A DNA stretch of 63,799 nt, counting the filler, from Octopus bimaculoides (lineage: Eukaryota): assembly GCF_001194135.2 (NCBI RefSeq). It is 6 parts of 6 records of this genome, joined end to end, with 100 filler letters (N's around TTAATTAATTAA, not from the genome) between each part and the next. Parts side by side here need not be neighbours in the genome. Positions count along the whole stretch, not along the records: positions 27,623 to 40,404 come from NC_068987.1; positions 40,505 to 60,743 come from NC_068984.1; 4 more parts are not named here. The stretch is one strand, 5' to 3'. The translations under genes and the position numbers were made by a program. Shown piece after piece: positions 35,026 to 48,825 of the stretch (positions within the stretch are counted from its first letter, which is position 1; each line of letters starts with the position of its first letter). A model generated the notes under the pieces. The model ran no database searches. It saw only the letters and a program-made list of their open reading frames with translations, and was not told the origin of the DNA.

Positions 35026-35784
35026 CCGTATATATACTCATATAAAAGTCGAAATTTTTAGACCATTTTTTTAAGGTCAAATTTATGCTGTCGATTATTA
35101 CATAGGCTTCTGAGGGACTGAAATTCAAGCTAGAATCCGAAGTACCGTATCAGCAGCAGAAGCCCAACTGATCTCTAAGCAAATAAAAACAAAAACACAA
35201 TGAATTACAATAGTATTACCAATTCTATGCATCAAAGCACACGTCCTAGTAAAATATAAAGGTCTAGCCATTAACTGAATGTTTTTAGGCTTACCAAAGT
35301 CATGCCTTTGTACGAATTCAGACAGTGGCGTTTGCCAGTGTTCGACAGTAGTGCTGTCTGTGAAACACATTTCTCACCATGTAAACAATGAGTGTATGAC
35401 ACATGTTTATTGTGCTTGGAGACATATGCAGGCTTGCAGCATATTGTGTGCATACATTTTAGAAATGGTGATGTAGCACTCATCAACAGATGTATAGTGC
35501 TCGCTATTAAATGGTGTTTTACTATAAGCACCGAGAATTCCATTATAAACCCCAAGCATTCCACCTACAAAGCAGGCTACAGTAAAGCAGCCACACAATT
35601 TTGTAACAGTATTATTTCTACGTACAGGATAATACGGTACCTTGACCCATAAATGTTGTCCTGTTGTTCGCGAAATACTAGGGTCGCTTTTATACGGGGT
35701 CTATGGAAAATTTCCAATTTGGGGGCCAAAAATAGGGTGGGGACGACATTTACATGAGATCGACTATTACTCGAGTATATACGG
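35026..35784. mobile_element. Non-autonomous pogo/Tigger-like element (MITE-like)
   Basis: TA|CCGTATATATACTCATATAAAAGTCGA ... TCGACTATTACTCGAGTATATACGG|TA: imperfect TIRs with a TA duplication at both ends. Confidence 0.75.
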
Positions 35785-36467
35785 TATTACGCAAACCTGA
35801 AATATACGTAATAAATGAATTCAAAGTATCACTATTCGGTTTGTCTTCATCTTTAAACTTATACGACTCGATGCCGGTACAATCTTGCCAGTCTTGACTC
35901 CACTTACGTGGATATTCTAGCAACCATTTGCACTAGTTTGTTATATTTGGCTCGAGTCGAAAATGCTGGTATCAAGCATCGATTCTTGGTACAGCACGAA
36001 ATATGTGTCGGTGTGTGTGTGTGTGATCATCATCATCATTTACCATCCATTCTCCATGCTGGCATGGGTTAGAAGGTTTGACTGNNNNNNNNNNNNNNNN
36101 NNNNNNNNNNNNNNNNNNNNNNNNNNNNNNNNNNNNNNNNNNNNNNNNNNNNNNNNNNNNNNNNNNNNNNNNNNNNNNNNNNNNNNNNNNNNNNNNNNNN
36201 NNNNNNNNNNNNNNNNNNNNNNNNNNNNNNNNNNNNNNNNNNNNNNNNNNNNNNNNNNNNNNNNNNNNNNNNNNNNNNNNNNNNNNNNNNNNNNNNNNNN
36301 NNNNNNNNNNNNNNNNNNNNNNNNNNNNNNNNNNNNNNNNNNNNNNNNNNNNNNNNNNNNNNNNNNNNNNNNNNNNNNNNNNNNNNNNNNNNNNNNNNNN
36401 NNNNNNNNNNNNNNNNNNNNNNNNNNNNNNNNNNNNNNNTGTGTGTGTGTGTGTGTGTGTGTGTGTA

Positions 36468-36726
36468 TGACAACTGATGCTGATGTACGTATGTGCCCGC
36501 AACTTAGCGGTTCGGCAAAAGAGACCGATAGAATAAGTACTAGGCTTACAAAAAATAAGTCCTGGGGTCGATATATAGGCGCAGGCGTAGGTGTGTAGTA
36601 AGAAGTTTGCTTACCAACCACATGGTTCCGGGTTCAATCCTACTGCGTGCGACCTTGGGCAAGTGTCTTCTACTATAGAATGAGACTAAATACCTTGTGA
36701 GTGTAGTTGATAGACAGAAGCTGGAA
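36468..36726 (+). mobile_element. Two abutting SINE A pieces (3' half 36468-36572, then a new head 36576-36726)
   Basis: cttagcggttcggcaaaagagaccgatagaataagtactagg, followed directly by aggcgcaggcgtaggtgtgtagtaag..ggttcaatcc. Confidence 0.8.
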
Positions 36727-38427
36727 GTTAATTTTGTCTGTGTCCTGATATTTTCTTATTTCAGCCTCATTACCATTCGAACTAATCCTGCCAAAATGAC
36801 TTTCTTGCATGCAATTACAATGAGAATTTCACGCATTCTCACAATAGTTATCTTTACACAATGAAGAACATTAAACTTTTCGATGCCTTTGAAACAGTTA
36901 GTACTCTTCTGTATGATGCAGTATTTTTATAGATGTGTTTAACATAATTTATCTAAAAATTACAAATGTTGCCTTCATGTACTGGCTGGTGAAGAACAGG
37001 GCATTAACGTTAGGGTGTTGTAAATCACTGAGATGTGATGGAGCGTTATAAATTAATATTAACTGTTCAAGTCAATATTCTTTTTTATTTGTATAAATTT
37101 CAGTTTCAGGGACAAAGTTTTGACTAAGCCGGCGTTGGAATTTTTGCAACAGTCAGCCATGATATTCCAATGAATTTGGAGAATATTTTATTCAATCCTC
37201 TCGATGCACCTGTATTAAGATCCTCATTAATTAATAATGGCTATATGAATCAGTCACCTAATGTACTACAGCATAATAATAATGCGAATTAATCTTCAAA
37301 TGTTCTTTAGGCATTTTTTCCAGAACGGATCGGCTTTGTCAGCAAGTGAATATGTGTTTTCAAGAATAAGAATCTTTTTCAATTATTTTAATTAATTTTT
37401 ATGATACGATTTCTTTAGTAGTTTTCTAATCGCTTTTGCTATGCAATTTGAAATTATGTAGGAAGTTAGATTTAAAATGTTACATACAATCCCTTAGTGC
37501 CGAAAATCCTGGTTGTTGTTGATTCGATGTTTCACTTGGAATATCGATTTGATTAAAGGTTCTTAGTGATTTTTGTCGTATGGCAATTCTGTTTATAGGT
37601 AATCATTAACGTTTTATCTTCAATCCAAAATAACAGAGTTTTTTTCTTCGATTTTTCTACAATGTTATATGTATATAATGATGTATCTTTTGAACTCATC
37701 CAAAATCAAACAGCTGTAGAGGCTCTGATATTTTTGCTTCATTTCTTTTAAATTCGTTTATATAAAGCTGTTTCGAGGTATCTGTCGAACCCACTTCATT
37801 TTNNNNNNNNNNNNNNNNNNNNNNNNNNNNNNNNNNNNNNNNNNNNNNNNNNNNNNNNNNNNNNNNNNNNNNNNNNNNNNNNNNNNNNNNNNNNNNNNNN
37901 NNNNNNNNNNNNNNNNNNNNNNNNNNNNNNNNNNNNNNNNNNNNNNNNNNNNNNNNNNNNNNNNNNNNNNNNNNNNNNNNNNNNNNNNNNNNNNNNNNNN
38001 NNNNNNNNNNNNNNNNNNNNNNNNNNNNNNNNNNNNNNNNNNNNNNNNNNNNNNNNNNNNNNNNNNNNNNNNNNNNNNNNNNNNNNNNNNNNNNNNNNNN
38101 NNNNNNNNNNNNNNNNNNNNNNNNNNNNNNNNNNNNNNNNNNNNNNNNNNNNNNNNNNNNNNNNNNNNNNNNCCTCATTGCCGAAGAAATGAAGTAAAGG
38201 GGAAATGAAAAAAAAAACCAATAGGGAAACAATGGAATGACGACGTAGTATTTCTAAATGATATAAGTAAAATTAAAAACAAAATACCCCCCGCCCAATC
38301 CTAAAGCGTGATAAATAAAGCGTGAAAACTCAGTAACAACTATGTATGTATGTATGTATGTATGTATGTATGTATGTATGTATGTATGTATATATGTATG
38401 TATGTATGCATACATGAATGAATGGAT

Positions 38428-38476
<49 letters not shown>

Positions 38477-38688
38477 CATATATATATATGTCTTTAAGTA
38501 TGAAAGTATGAATGTATGTACGTATGCAACTTTGTATGCATGTATGTGGGTATGTATGTCAGAGCGATTATGCGGTCGCATATATATANNNNNNNNNNNN
38601 NNNNNNNNNNNNNNNNNNNNNNNNNNNNNNNNNNNNNNNNNNNNNNNNNNNNNNNNNNNNNNNNNNNNNNNNNNNNNNNNNNNNNNNN

Positions 38689-38719
<31 letters not shown>

Positions 38720-39304
38720 TTTTAATCCAAACAAGTGGAGGAGAAGAAGAAATGAAGTTCAAAATGCACAGAGAATATATTAGAATTAATTAGAATTTAA
38801 TTATATCTTAAATATAGGAATACACTAACCGGTTCCACATTAGATTTTCTAATGTGTATAATGTATGGAATTGTATCACTAATTGTGGCTATTCTAGCCG
38901 TTGTTTTTAAAAATAGTCTTTTATTAAATAGGAATGTGTCACAGAACCTTAGCGTAAAAATTTGATTAGTCAACGTTCATCTGTTACGCTCATGTGACAG
39001 TCGCGCGAACAGGTCACATAAAAGCTTTCCCCATTGAATATGTGATATGACAATTAAAAAAAGGAGTTATCAATAATATAATAATTGTTTGCATAAAAGT
39101 GTTATAGATAATTAGTATTTACTATTCTGTTAATTAATAATGCTATCAATTAGTACAAGTTCCTCACTTTGAACGTGCTAAAGCATATCCCTTCTTTGTT
39201 AACAAGGTGTGGGATATGAATTTCGGTTTCCTTAAGAACGAGCCCAAGTAGACATTCAATAATTAACTCATAGGAAAGGGAGAATCGTGTATTACTGGTG
39301 TTTT

Positions 39305-40085
39305 TTATAGCCAGCTAAGCAGTAGCTGGTATTTTTCAATAAACGGACTTTCCTTATTTATTCTTGTTTAGTCTAGAGTATTGTCTACACATACATAGAG
39401 TAGAAAGACAAGAAATTTGGGAGATTCGGCTTTCGCGCATATTTCCAGATGTTCACTATGTAGAATTTACCTTGCTTTGGAATCACGTATGGGGATCACG
39501 ATAAATATTTAATCCCATTCTTAAAGTGACTTTAGTTTGTTCAACGTAGTCTTTTCTGCATCCATAGTATTTGAGAGCATAAATTTAATTTTTTGAAGAA
39601 CAAGTAAAATAGCGGGGTTTTTTTCAGTAAAAACGTGTCCCGATTTAAACTTATAAGCTGTGTCCTCAATAAAGTTCTCACAAGTACCATAATTGGATTG
39701 GCCAGGCTTTTTAACTGTTGGAGTTGAGTACTTAGTTGATAGTTTCGCGTTGATAAGTAGTTCTTTAGGGACTTTCGTTGCTTTTTGCATTTGATTATTT
39801 TGTATGAATCAAACACCTTTTTATTCTTGGGTCTTGGCTTAATAAGAATATGTCCTGATGAATAATGTTGAGTGTTTCTATGTTTCTTGAGTTGTGTGTT
39901 TTAAATTAAGATACAATTTTGGGTGTATCTGAACTGTTTGGGGATTTTCTTATTTCTTCAGTGTCTATTGCTTTAGCGCGTTCTATTCCATTCTCTATTA
40001 GAGTAGACGGGTACTTTCACGGGGTGCATATTTATAGATTTTATCTTTTACATGTTTCAGTCACTGAAGAAATTTTCTCCGAATA
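39305..40085 (-). mobile_element. Penelope-like retroelement 3' ORF (linker plus GIY-YIG endonuclease), decayed
   Basis: KYPSTLIENGIERAKAID, THNSRN, KKQRKSLK, VKKPGQSNYGTCENFIE..FKSGHVF, QTKVTLR, SEHLEICAK..PKFLVF, NKESPFIEKYQLLL. Confidence 0.85.
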
Positions 40086-40086
40086 C

Positions 40087-40368
40087 ATCGACCCGAGAAT
40101 TCATTTTTTAAGGCCTGATACTTATTCTATCGGTATCTTTGCCGAGTCGCTAAGTTACAGAGACGTAAACACATCAACACCGGTTGTCAAGCGATGGTGT
40201 GACACAAATAAAGACAGGCGCACACAAATAGATAGATATATACATATATACGATGGCTTCTTTCCGTTTCCGTCTGTCGAATCCACTCACAAGTAGAAGA
40301 CGCTTGGCCAAGGTGCGATGCAGTGGGACTGAACCTCGAACCATGTGGTTGAAAAGTAAGCTTAACAC
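40087..40368 (-). mobile_element. tRNA-derived SINE family A, inserted at the 5' break of the PLE
   Basis: ccatgtggtt..cagtgggactgaacc head; cttattctatcggtatctttgccgagtcgctaagttac 3' body. Confidence 0.85.
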
Positions 40369-41691
40369 ATACACACACATACTTATATATATATATATAT
40401 ATATNNNNNNNNNNNNNNNNNNNNNNNNNNNNNNNNNNNNNNNNNNNNTTAATTAATTAANNNNNNNNNNNNNNNNNNNNNNNNNNNNNNNNNNNNNNNN
40501 NNNNATATATATATATATACATATATATACACATATAAAGAGAGAGTGTTTATAATTATGATGAAATCATACTAAAAACGGAAACGGTTACAAAAAACCT
40601 TACATGCTCTGAAATAGCAGTACAAACTTCTATAAAACCACAATAATCACTCATATTTTTCTCTCCCCAATAACGCTGTCTGGGCGATATGACACATAAA
40701 ATTCAGAAATTAAAAAGATAAATTTTCGGTTATATCTCGATTGCGATTTTGATGTTAGAAAGCAGTTGCGTTGCATCATATACCGTATCGTGAAATATCG
40801 GATATAAGCAACATAACAGTTTCATTTTCCTCATCAGGAGAATATTCCGGTAAATACAAATCGATATAAAATCATATTTTGGGGCTTTTAAGTATCCCGA
40901 CGGGCAAGAAATGTGCAAATTTATATGCACACACGCACACTCGCGCACACACACATATGTGTGAGTGCGTGTGTGCGTGCGTTTGTTTGTGTGCTATACG
41001 GCCTTCCACGTGGCAAAGATAATATGTAATTGCTCGTATTGAGAAAGGATCTCTATGCACTGTTCTGTATGATTTGGAGTACTCGTTTGTTTCCGCAATA
41101 TTTCCAATCGGATTCCATGAACGATAATGTAAAATTTTAGTTTCATGCAAGCGTTTTTATTATCCATCAGTGTCGCATTGCAGAATATTTGGAAAGTTCT
41201 TGCCATATTTATGTTGTGTTGGGAATGAACCATTGATTTTAAATGTATTTTTGGGCGCCTATGATGTTGACAAAAGAGATACACACTGCAATTTTAATTT
41301 TTATAGTTGTTATTGCTCTCAAAAAAGTTGTTTATTTTTCATGATTATTTCTACATGATGATGTTTTATGGTGTTTACGTAAGTCTTATGTTGACTTTTT
41401 AGTATGCATATCTTTATACGTGTTCATTGATAGATTAGTGAAAATTCTCACTTTTGTAGACGTGAGAAATACCTGCTTTTATATGCATACACATACATAT
41501 ACTCATACTTAAAAAATACATGTACACAGACACATATAAGTAAATAAGAGACAGAGCCACAGACAGAGAAATAGAGAAAGAGAAGTTATAGCTATTTCTC
41601 TATTACAAGAAACAAAACTTTTCAATTTGACCCATTTTTAGAAAGTGTTACACTCTAACTCATACAAAACAACACGCATACATACGTACAT

Positions 41692-41751
41692 ATATTATAT
41701 TATATTATATTATATTATATTATATTATATTATATTATATTATATTATATC
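41692..41751. repeat. (TATTA)n pentanucleotide microsatellite
   Basis: Seen directly. Confidence 0.95.
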
Positions 41752-42705
41752 ATACATTGTATATTTATATTAACGTACAAGCTATATGAAGTTGCATTGT
41801 ATTCCAATAGCACGTTGGTTCTAGCAATAGTGATATTCTTTTCCTGTATACGCATAGAGGAATTGAAAAGAAAGGGCTAATAATATTCTCATTTGTGTTT
41901 GTTGAGCTTTCATGCAGTCACGATGTGTCAGATACAGACAGCTAGTTAGCAGAGCAAGATTTCTATGATTTTCTTTCGTGATATTTACGACAAGGTATTT
42001 TGCTTTGTGACATGAGATGAAAACAGATTAGTTACATGAGATTTCGGAATGGTGTTTGGTGAAGAATAATACACAATTCTTCTTTAGGCCAGAAGTCACA
42101 TTACATCTGTCTTTTCATAACCGCATGCACCACATCTATTAGAGCCAATGTATGACACGCAATTACATACTATATGTGTTTATGTATATCATTATACAAT
42201 GCAATAATGTGTATAAGCAAACCCATTATGTGTGTACATGTAATTTTGCGAAGCATTGTGTAACGAAGCAATGCATGATTAAATCCCAAATAATACACTG
42301 GAAGGAACACGTTAGTTAACTAACACAGACTACTAAACAAACTTCATATATTTCATGATGTATCAGATGTTTCGTCGCGCAATTGTGAAGTAGTCAGGAA
42401 CACAGTCTCATTGAGACTGTTGGTAATTTAATGACCAGTACTTCCTTCCTTAGGAATTTTACAGTTAACCAAACTAAGCTAGTCACGAAAATATTTGTAA
42501 TCCTTTTATTACAATTTAGTTTAAACTTGCGAAATTTTGTGCACGTTCCTTTAAAATATTTTTCAGGTTCTATTTATAAACAATGTGATTCGTACAGTTT
42601 ACTACTCAACAGAGAGAGAGGGGGAGGTTGAGAGGGAGATACAAGGACGGAGTGAGACAGAAAAGGACAGAGGGAGAGATAATGATGTATAGGTAGAGAA
42701 GAAGA

Positions 42706-42749
<44 letters not shown>

Positions 42750-42890
42750 ACAGATATAGAGGTAGGTAGAGAAATAGAGGGCGAGAAGTGGAGAGAGAGA
42801 GAGAGAGGGAAATATACACACATCATGACCACTTATGTGTGTATGTATATGCACATTTTCATTCGTGCGTCAGTATTCGCATAATCACTA

Positions 42891-42933
42891 CGCATACGTA
42901 TATACTCACGCATACGTATATACTCACGCATAC
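42891..42933. repeat. 18-bp tandem repeat cgcatacgtatatactca x2.4
   Basis: Seen directly. Confidence 0.9.
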
Positions 42934-43527
42934 TTGCATATTTAGGGAACGTAACTTATACTCCACCAAACACGCATACACAGACGCTCGAGTCATGCTA
43001 AATCAAGCGAGAGTAACAGAATGTATTTAAAAAATCTGAAATAAACACGTCAAGAATAATAGCGAAAGAGGAAGTGTCAGTGATCGAACTAAAATACAAA
43101 TGATGAGATTATAGACTGACATACACGAAACCAATGTAATCTTCATGAGAAAAGGCATTATTTTTAAATGCCAATATTAATTTGAATGAGATGAAGTGAA
43201 TTACTTCACTTTTATTAGTTGCGCCGGGATTGTCTAATTTTTGTTTATTTGGTTCTGTATTTCATTGATTTTGTTTCGCTTTAAATGACATATATATATA
43301 TAACTACATAAATGAACATATTTAGTATGTTTCATAAGATGAGAAATTCTTAAACAGAAAGAATAATCTTTAGAATTGACACTGGTTGAATCCTGCTATT
43401 TATATTTCGGACACCAATATTATTGTAGCAACAACTTTAGTGCTAGTATTAGTATGAAGAGCAGTAGCATATAGTTACTATTCCAGTTACAATAAAATTA
43501 ACTTTTTGTCATTTTGGCAGAAAGCCA

Positions 43528-43640
43528 GCCAAGTTAGAAAAGGGGGTAGTCGATTACACCGACTCCAGTTCTAAACGTAATTTGAATTCGAAATGTAAAA
43601 CCGGCAGAAATGGGCTGAGCATTTTCTCCAGCGTTTGTAC
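43528..43640 (-). mobile_element. SINE family B, deleted and diverged
   Basis: gtagtcgattacaccgactccagt...tttgaattcgaaatgtaaaaccggcagaaatgggctgagcatttt. Confidence 0.6.
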
Positions 43641-43652
43641 TAATTTGTAGAC

Positions 43653-43721
<69 letters not shown>

Positions 43722-43722
<1 letters not shown>

Positions 43723-44170
43723 CACGGTGATGCACTACCATGCAGTGGCCCTCAGGGCTACATATCTTGACTAATTGGAAGTGTTATATCATATACAGTG
43801 TTTTGTCTGGGTATAAATGATGGTCTACAGCAATTATTTTGCTCAGTACCACAGAGTGGGTTGTCACCTGCATGGTCGTAACCAGTTGAGCATGTCACAT
43901 AGTGGCTGACGATATGTCCATCTCTGATCACGAGCAGGAGTGGTTGGGGTGGTGGCATCATAGTCACATATTGAGAGGAATTCTTCGGGTCTGAATAATT
44001 CTCATCTGGAAACATGGGTGGTTTGTTTAACATCCTTAAAAAATCTCCGTTCCGGGACCTTTTGAGCGGGATGGACTACTCAACTTGAAGGAAGTTATAA
44101 GTGGGCCTCACCTGCAATCTTATGTGCCGTCTCTCTCGATATGAGATCGCCATGTCGCGCACATACGGTC
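43722..44170 (-). mobile_element. Unclassified interspersed retro-repeat with (ATT)n tail
   Basis: GC-richer, non-microsatellite block whose minus strand ends gcatggtagtgcatcaccgtgttg(tta)n (tract 43654-43722). Confidence 0.45.
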
Positions 44171-44399
44171 GTGATGCATGTCACACCCATAATAATAATG
44201 TTGATGACATTTTTACATTGCATACGACTACACATATGATCGTGAATTTATAGTCGATTAAGGTGTCATTTTAATTACTGCAATGATAAAATGTGAATAC
44301 GTCCTTGACTGTGTTCAAAACTTGAAAATTAAAGTGACGGAGCTTAAATACTGCAAAGCGTCTTTTGGGTGCTGTGTGATTTCCTCCTTTATTTTATAT

Positions 44400-44600
44400 T
44401 TTGGTACAAGGCCGGGAATTTGGAGGAGTCAGAACGTTGATTACCTAAACCCAATGCGCAACAGGTACTCATTTTAGTGATCCAGCAAAGATGAAATGCA
44501 AATCACCATCTGCGGAATTTGAACTCGCAACATAAAGACGGACGAAATGCTGCAAATATTTCGTCCAGGATGCTAGCGATTCTGCCAGCACCGGCCTTAA
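44400..44600 (-). mobile_element. SINE family B
   Basis: tggtacaaggccgggaatttgg..gcggaatttgaactcgcaac..gctagcgattctgccagcaccggcctt. Confidence 0.8.
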
Positions 44601-44654
44601 AAGAAAAAAAAATATAATATTACAAATAAAATTTTTTATTATGATAGTTTCTAT

Positions 44655-44865
44655 TATAGGTACCAAGGCTAAAATTTTGGGAACCGTCAGTCGATATCAT
44701 CGACTGCAGTCATTGAATGTTACTTTAATTTATCGATACTGAAAGGATGAAAAGCCGTTTTAACTTAGGCGGAATCTGAGCTCTGAATTCGAAGAGAGAG
44801 AGAGAGAGAGAGAGTAATGTATACCACAAGGCATTGTCGGATGCTCTAACGATTTTGCCAATTGA
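44655..44865 (-). mobile_element. SINE family B, diverged, with internal (GA)n
   Basis: ggtaccaaggctaaaatttt..gaaaggatgaaaagcc..ggcggaatctgagctctg..ctaacgattttgcca. Confidence 0.7.
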
Positions 44866-45985
44866 TCGATAAGATTAATAATTATCTTTTTCTTTAATAT
44901 AATAATGATTTCTTTTATTGACCACATGAACCCAGATATTGGGCATGATACACGTGACTAATATTTTTTAAAAAAAGCAATACAAACTGTTTAAAAATTC
45001 CAGAAACAGCCAGCGTTTCTATTAAGTAAAAGGCTGTGATCAGTTACAGCATTATAAGCAAAAATATGTGCTATAATCACTAATCAAACAATTATTTCCA
45101 CTCCTCTCCTCCTTCCAATCCTATCATTTATCAGCCTTTTTTTTAGATCTAGTAGAATCAGTGTATGATATTTAGCGATACCAAAAATGCGGCTAATAAA
45201 CTAATGACAAATATATACAGTATTTATTAAGTTGTCTTGACAGAAGTTAAGTGCTGTCTCTTGTCAGACAACGAAGCGTAATGCTTCTTAATTCACTTGC
45301 GTATATCATAATGTAGCTAGAAATACAAGCAAATCTCTCATCTTGTTATATAATCACGTTTGATAAATGCGTGGCTAAAACATAAATGATTTAGTTGTTT
45401 GTATTTTCGTTGACTTTCTTTTCCTTTTTGATATTGAATTATTGTCATTTTAATTGTAATTTTGATGAGTGTAAAGTATTTTACACTGCAGAAATATTGA
45501 AATATAGGAAAATGACTAGAGAAAATATACTGATGGACAGATTTTCAAATCGTTTCGTTTTTATAGCTAAATTAATAGCTAAATATAAAATGTATGCAAT
45601 TTTCTTTAAATCCTTGGGCAGGATTTTGAGTAGGTGGAATATTTGACCTGATATATAATCAATATTTCACTTTTTGCGAGTGCTGTAAAACAAAAATTAA
45701 TCCTTTTGAGAATCGGTTCTACAGTTCAGCTTTGATTGATTCACGGTTATCTATTTTATTTTCATTATTTTTTTTCCCAATAAGTGAACAAAAACTACAT
45801 TAGTTACCGGTTTCCAGCGGACCAATAGCAATTTAAGTGCACATTTAAAGGCGAGAGTGGGAGATAAAGGAGAATGTATAAGTCGAATAAGGACAAATAA
45901 TTTATGTTACATCGTTCATAATATTCAGGCAGCTTCTATACATACTTTCCCATTATACAGTAAAGCATACGCACAAGTTATACAC

Positions 45986-46040
<55 letters not shown>

Positions 46041-46067
46041 TTTGTGTATATATGTGCGTACGTGGAT

Positions 46068-46101
<34 letters not shown>

Positions 46102-46344
46102 CATGCATCATTTTTATGTATATCTAGGTGGAGAGAGTGGAGAGGTTTTGAAAGGTTTCTGCTCAGTAGCTTTCATGTAGTATGCCTCTTTCCACCGTCG
46201 ACATCTCTATAAGGCACTTAAGAAGTTTCACAGTAAAATCGCGACTTAATCTGCGTGGTTAAGAGGAAAAAAATTCTAACTAAAATATTATCCTGTTCCC
46301 GATGTCATTACCTTAAGTAGAAAGAATTTGAGTAAACTACAAAA

Positions 46345-46558
46345 CAAAATATATTAGTTTCGAATTTGGCACATGCTGACAATTTCAAGGGAGGGGTCAA
46401 TCGATTATATCGACACCCCTTCCCCTCCCAAGGAACAACTGATAGGGATGAAAGACAAAGTTTACCCCAGCGGCGTTGGAACTGAGAACGTAAAGACGAG
46501 ACAAATGTTGCTAAGCATTTTGTCTGGGGCTGTAACATTTCTGCCAGCTCACCGCATT
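46345..46558 (-). mobile_element. SINE family B
   Basis: tcgattatatcgacacc..gggatgaaagacaaagtttacc..ggaactgagaacgtaaagacg..ctgccagctcaccgc. Confidence 0.8.
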
Positions 46559-47934
46559 TATAATACAGCATATATTAAGATTAATGTTGAAATTGTAAAG
46601 GATAATTCATTGTAAAATATTCTGACAACTGAGAATACTAGTGTTATGTACCAGTTCTTTGCTCTTAAAATTCTAGCCGTTTCTTGAATTTTCACTACAT
46701 TAATTATATTTTCCATAACATTGATTTCATGTAGTAAGATCTAACCAATTTAATACATTAGTTATATTTCTGCTGTCGTTTATACAATTATAATTACCCA
46801 AGCTGTTACAGTCAATTTAAAAATTCAGCTTATCTCAACGATACAACAGTAATTCTTTAACAAATTGTAAGCATCCGTGAAAGTAATGCTGATTTGAAAT
46901 TTCCTTATGTTTTTGTGAATAACAGGCGTATTCATATCTGAGTAAGTTATTTTACTATCGAAAGTAAATTTTCCTCTATGATGATTTGAACCCAATACTC
47001 AAACTGCACAGATCGCTATAAACTACTCTAATTTGAAGTATGTTGGTTTTTAAAATGAATTTTAAATTAAAATTAAATTTATATTGTATCTACAGGTATA
47101 ACTTTGATCATTTCTCTTTTATTCATATTCCAGTTCATGCTACTGCTTAAAATCAGCTGTAGTTTCACTGGGTATACTTATGATCAATATTTCAGAATAA
47201 TGAACCCAGGGCATATCATACCATTCGTTTGTTTAAAAGTTTACAGATTTGTTTAACGGAAATTTAACTGCTATTTTTTGCAATTCAACTAACCATTTAC
47301 TGGCGCTTCTATTTCAATGCTAAACAAACATCCGTATATGCTATGTTATCATATAATGATTTTCCGGTTAATTGTGTTGAAATATTCTATTATACATTAT
47401 TATTAAATATTTGTACCATAGTTAAACGTTAAAGATTCCTCAGAGAGGTATCTTAAAGAGTTTTCAATTCTAATTAGAATACATTTCCATAGTTTAATGC
47501 CGGAACTGCTCATTACTTATGCGATTTTAGTCAAAATTTATCATTACGATATAAACGTAGTAGAGCTCTGTGTGAACGTAAACAGAATCAGTGGAGTCTG
47601 GATCTTGATGATTGTCCGTTCTATTTGCAAACTTTCACTTCAATAAAGGTTATTATCACTTATCCGGAGCGTGTTTTCAATTTTTACGTGCTAGAAGTAA
47701 GACCCAGATTATCACTAGATTACACCTATCTCTTAATATATAGATATACAACATCTGAACGAAAGATCATCTTTGAGAATGTTATTCGTAGTTTAGTCTG
47801 CTTGGCAAGATCAAATCTTCCCTTCATCGTTTCTTGATGGATATGATAAAATACCGATCAAATACTAAATCTCTATTGTCGATAACCAATTTCCAAATTT
47901 ATAACCTCGTGTCTAAGATAGGAACAATTAGTAT

Positions 47935-48147
47935 AGTGGATTCGTTGAATCGTTAAAGAATCAGTCAAAATGCTTGCGGTATTCAAATCGGCTCTTTGCG
48001 TTCTGAGTTCAAATCCAGCTAGGAAACATTATCCTCCATCCCTTTCAAGTTGATAAATAAAAGTGCCATTGAAACAGAAAAGATTATATAATCAACGATT
48101 CAACTATATCAAATATCACAACTCATGCATAAATTAGAAACAATTAT
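47935..48147 (+). mobile_element. SINE family B, strongly diverged
   Basis: gaatcgttaa..aaatgcttgcggtatt..gcgttctgagttcaaatcc..catccctttcaagttgataaataa. Confidence 0.6.
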
Positions 48148-48793
48148 GTTTGCTTAACATCATAAAAGTGAGTGATTGCAATCAAAATAATCGGTTGTGT
48201 GGAGCAAAGTTATTCTTCGTGAGTAGTAAGTAAAATGTTTTACGTTCTCAGTTCACAACATTATCATATTCCATTCGCCTTTTCATCTTATGCTTTCATT
48301 GCTTCACATTTCGACTCTGTATGGAAAGCGATGTCTTCACACCCTAACAAACATTATGAGAAGTAGCCTATATCATAAATCATCATTAACAACACCATCA
48401 TCACATCTGCACAAACCATTATATAGTGTGATATACAAATAAAATCTCTTTTACTTACTTTCTATGTAACTCTAAGTTAAAACCTTATCGTCAATCCAAT
48501 TTATGTTCATGCTCCCAGACCTAGTATACAAGAACAAGTTATATATTCGTGTCCATTGACTGTTCCACGCCTCCGCACTAAAGACATATTTGTGGCCTTG
48601 TATGAAAGATAGAAATGCTTATTATCATTATTTTTATATTCATCACTAAATTGATTATGCTATAATGTCGTATTTTATTGCCACAAGGGCAATTGATTAT
48701 AGTATAATAACAAAAACTTTTACGCTGTTCCTAATGCATTATTAATATAGTGTCAAATAATATACTACGGCCAGTGCTGTTGCTGCTAATGAC

Positions 48794-48825
<32 letters not shown>

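Noticed and set aside
39215-39260. Possible hammerhead downstream of the PLE GIY-YIG ORF (GG..CC GAAA on the minus strand)
   Set aside because: The core reads CTACTTG and stem I cannot be formed; too decayed to call.
41000-41300. LQIIQNSA*R-like LINE C-terminal motif on the minus strand
   Set aside because: A single short motif with many stops; insufficient for a family call.
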